The notes beneath the pieces were generated by a model. It had not been told where the DNA came from and made no database searches. It saw only the letters and a program-made list of their open reading frames with translations. Below, in pieces: positions 60,676 through 64,000 of a DNA stretch of 64,000 nucleotides; the stretch's first letter is position 1; each line of letters opens with the position of its first letter. Source of the stretch: Okamejei kenojei (taxonomy: Eukaryota); the NCBI GenBank assembly GCA_035221665.1, contig CM069140.1:23746001-23810000 (forward strand). Direction: 5' to 3'. The translations under genes and the position numbers were made by a program.

Positions 60676-63548
60676 AGAACATATGGCAAAATGCTTGCTG
60701 TTGATTACACAGCACAGAAGTTAACTTAACCTGAACAAAGACGGAACCCCCCCCATTTTATCTGATTTGGTGCCAGGAGGTGCAACTCATTCACAGAGAT
60801 AATCATTTGGGGGTGGTCAACTTTTAAGTCTGTATTAGAATACAGGAGGACCCTAAATATCCTCCAGTCTGTGCAAGAGCAATCTGAATTGTACTAAAAT
60901 ACACTTGATATGTTTCTATACATTCAAATTTATGGTGGTAGATAAATCTCCAACTGTTCCTTTATAGCATGCCATAAAGGCCAATGCATCAATTGAAACT
61001 TTCCAAATGTAGTAATATGTTTGTAATTAGTTTCAGTACAATGCAGCTGGATTGCACCAACAAGGTTAGTTGACCCTCCCATTCAACTAGTTATGCTTTC
61101 TTCTCACAACTAAACTCCCGTGGGGCTGCAGAAAAGATTGCTTTGAGACTGCTTGTTTACACCCTGAAATCCCAACACTTCGACAGCTACGTTACAGAAC
61201 ATAGAAATGCTTTATGAAGAGCAAAAGTTGAAAAAGCTTCTAAAAATACTTTATCCCTTTTGAGTTGTTCAGGGAGAAGGAGCCACAATCACTTAGAGAT
61301 TAATATGCTATGGAGATGCACTGAAATGTATGAGAATTCTCCCTTCTTGTTTTGTTTAGCTGCAAGATTGAACCTTTGATGGATTAGCTAGTTTACATAC
61401 GATCGGAGTAAAATTAAGTTCATGACCATGTTCATTTCTTCAAACAGGGCTAGTCATTAGCTTGATGTTGGGATTTGAAGAGAATATATTGTCCTTGCTG
61501 CTTGTTTAAAAATAAATACTAGGAAAACAAACAAAACATGAAAATTATGTTTGCAATAATGCGTAGTTTAAAGCACCCTGACTTAGGATTCGTTTGAAAA
61601 TTTCACTCCCATTTAAAAAAATTTAGATAAAAGCAAATGTCCAGTTGCATGATATGCTCAGAAACTGCACCGTGGATAAAACTATCACTAAAATGAGGTT
61701 ATACAGCACAATTGGTTAGATTAGGAAAAGAAAGCATCAGACAATCCAGTAACCAGCTAGGCCGCAAGAATTGGCCATCTTTCTCTGTGTGTGTCAGTGA
61801 AAATAGACTGATGGATCACTTTGCTGTGTCAAAAGCTGCGACTGGTGACAATCAGGGAAATGATTGTGTCTGCCTCTACACATATTTGTAATTGATTGCC
61901 CAAACCCTAAGACTCTCTTTTGCTGTTGATATGATGGAACATTGTACCACAATCACTCTAGACGAGGAGGAGCCGAGGCCATTTATTTACTTGTGTGAGT
62001 TGCTCCTCTCTCACTCTATTCGAATTGTGTCGCAAGAACACATTATGGTAATAAGTGGAAATGTGTGTACAGGAATCAATCAAAGAGTGAGGCTTTACAA
62101 GACTTATGACGTTGCAAACTCTGTTTGTAACTTTTGATTTATGGAAGAATTTCAATTTTATAAATTGCAAAAGAGGCATGGTGGGAAGTTTTAACCCCTT
62201 GAGTGCTCAAGAACTTAAAGCTCCTTGTCCACCTTCAGAAAAAAAATGTTTGTATAGTTCTAAAGATTTTCTGTAAGTATTGTCAAGAAACCTATGTTTG
62301 CATGGTAACTGTGGGCATGTTTTGTTAAACAATAAAAATGCTTCATTGCTAATCATTTTCATGCATAATTAATATAAAAATACCCCTTCTACACAGAGTG
62401 AATATTGCTCAAATTGGAGGGATTTTATTGATTGGGGCAGAACAGATTGACATTGAGGGGTGCATGCACATGAGATTGAGGATGTTAAAGGCTGGAGGAT
62501 CGTGTTTTAACCTGTATATTCCTCATGCATTCTGAAATCACAATGTAAATTGGAAATTGCAAAATGATAACCTTAATCGCAATGCCAAAAGTTTAATAAA
62601 AACATGTTTGGCTTCTATTGTGCATAACGGAATCCAGTTTCCCTCCTGTTCCCAATGTGCACACAGAATGATATATTACATGTGGCAAGAACAACTTTTA
62701 AGATATAGCTGTAAAATGCAAGCCACATCTTTTATTCAGAAAGGTTGTCAATGATTTCTGACAGCATTGAAACAACTCAAATTCTAGCTAACATATCCTG
62801 CCAGTGTTTATATCAGGACAGAAACTGCTTTCAGTTGGAATTAGGATTTACAAAGATCAAGATATAGTAAATGAACTTTTTGTTGAAATGAATGAATCAT
62901 TCATTTCATTCACATTTAAAAATTAGGAAAGGAAAATATACTTCCCATATATAGAATATTTTAATAACAATTACAGAAAGGGCAAAGTCAAAAACAGTTC
63001 TATCTAAATATGGAACAATCATTTGAGTTGCATTTCATAAATAGCATGGAGTAGATACACAGGATAAAGGCTGATATTTCTCTGGCAGTGTCGAATTAAG
63101 GCATTCCAATTCAATCGCATTCAAAATAAACTGAATCAAGAACCAGAAGATAAAAAAAGGAAGAATTCATCTTTCTTTCTGATATTCAGGATGCTTTTTT
63201 TTTCCAATTTATACCAGTGAATGACCTTGCTTTGTGGGCACCTCGCACCACCAAATCTGTTTCTGAGCCATATAGATCAGGAAGATTCCACATTTATTGC
63301 CTTGATGGATTGCATTAATTGATCTTTGCAAAGGCAGCATACAGAGAAGAGAGGGCTTTTGCAATTGACCCCAGTGCCTCTGGATTGTGTAAAAGAACAA
63401 AAATCTTAACCTGCATTCTTGGAGCTAATTGTTGCCCAGTGAGCACGGTATAGGAGTACAAATGAGTGGATTTTGAATGAGGACAAGATTTGGTACAGTT
63501 GTGATGCCCCTGTAGATGAATAGTTTGTCTACACTAAATTATAAGGAA

Positions 63549-63679
63549 GGTAAACACAAAAAACTGGAGTAACTAACTTCACCCATTCCTTCATCCAGAG
63601 ATGCTGCCTGTCTCGCTGTGTTACTCCAGCATTTTGTGTCTATCTTCAGTTTAAACCAGCATCAGCAGTTCCTTCCTAC
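63549..63679. mobile_element. Penelope-pLTR mini-element with short inverted 5' arm
   Basis: Imperfect TSD aaattataaggaa (63536-63548) and aaatgatgaggaa (63680-63692). The plus arm starts at tcacccattcc. Confidence 0.72.
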
Positions 63680-63789
63680 AAATGATGAGGAAATACTGGT
63701 TTGACAAGATATTATACTGCTATCTATAATTTAGATCCACAGCCCATCAATGGAAAAAATTGGCATGTTATGTTTTATCACGGGTGCCT

Positions 63790-64000
63790 ACATTGAATTT
63801 GGAGAAATGAGAATCATTTTGGACAGGTTGGGGGAGTGGGCAGATGCATGGCAGATGCTGTTTAATGTGGATAAATGTGAAGCTATCCACTTTGGTAGCA
63901 AAAACAGGATGGCAGATTATTATCTCAATGTTCTCAAGTTGGGAAAAGAGGAAGCACAACGGGATCTGGGGGTCCTTGTTCATCAGTCTATGAAAGTAAG
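63790..64000 (+). mobile_element. CR1 ORF2 fragment running off the window
   Basis: LDRLGEWADAWQMLFNVDKCEAIHFG...QRDLGVLVHQSMKV. Confidence 0.85.

Noticed and set aside
5107-64000. A second host protein-coding gene such as FOXD3
   Set aside because: No forkhead-domain or other non-TE protein motif appears in the ORF track or in the splice-flanked segments I checked; small exons or lncRNA exons cannot be excluded by eye.

Overview
Vertebrate genomic DNA, almost certainly from a cartilaginous fish and probably a skate or ray. This is inferred from the repeat set: HE1-type V-SINEs, CR1/HER1 LINEs, abundant Penelope-like elements, Rex1 tails and a Deu-domain SINE. The only host coding sequence I can support is the last two coding exons of an ATG4C-type autophagy cysteine protease (1208-1327 and 4930-5106, + strand, ending ...RLSNEEFVLL*). 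The remaining ~59 kb is gene-free and repeat-rich, with several repeat-poor blocks that could be conserved enhancers; in other vertebrates this interval is the ATG4C-FOXD3 regulatory desert, so the link here is a synteny inference. The most notable signals are two ribozyme-bearing mini-retroelement families. (1) A ~140-nt element present twice (2881-3024 minus, 19805-19941 plus) consists of a 54-nt minimal HDV-like ribozyme fold at its 5' end, a 3' nested stem-loop and an (AAG)n tail; in the second copy the target-site duplication (TSD) abuts the predicted cleavage site. (2) Several 130-230-nt TSD-flanked solo or hairpin elements derive from the Penelope terminal repeat and carry a minimal hammerhead motif. 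Also present: a non-autonomous Helitron with both termini (12386-13309), a young PIF/Harbinger MITE (49000-49526), a 5'-truncated Penelope with RT and GIY-YIG domains, an esterase-ORF1 CR1 with an internal RT deletion, and a 400-N assembly gap. All family calls and structures were made by eye from recalled consensus features; no database search or folding program was run.
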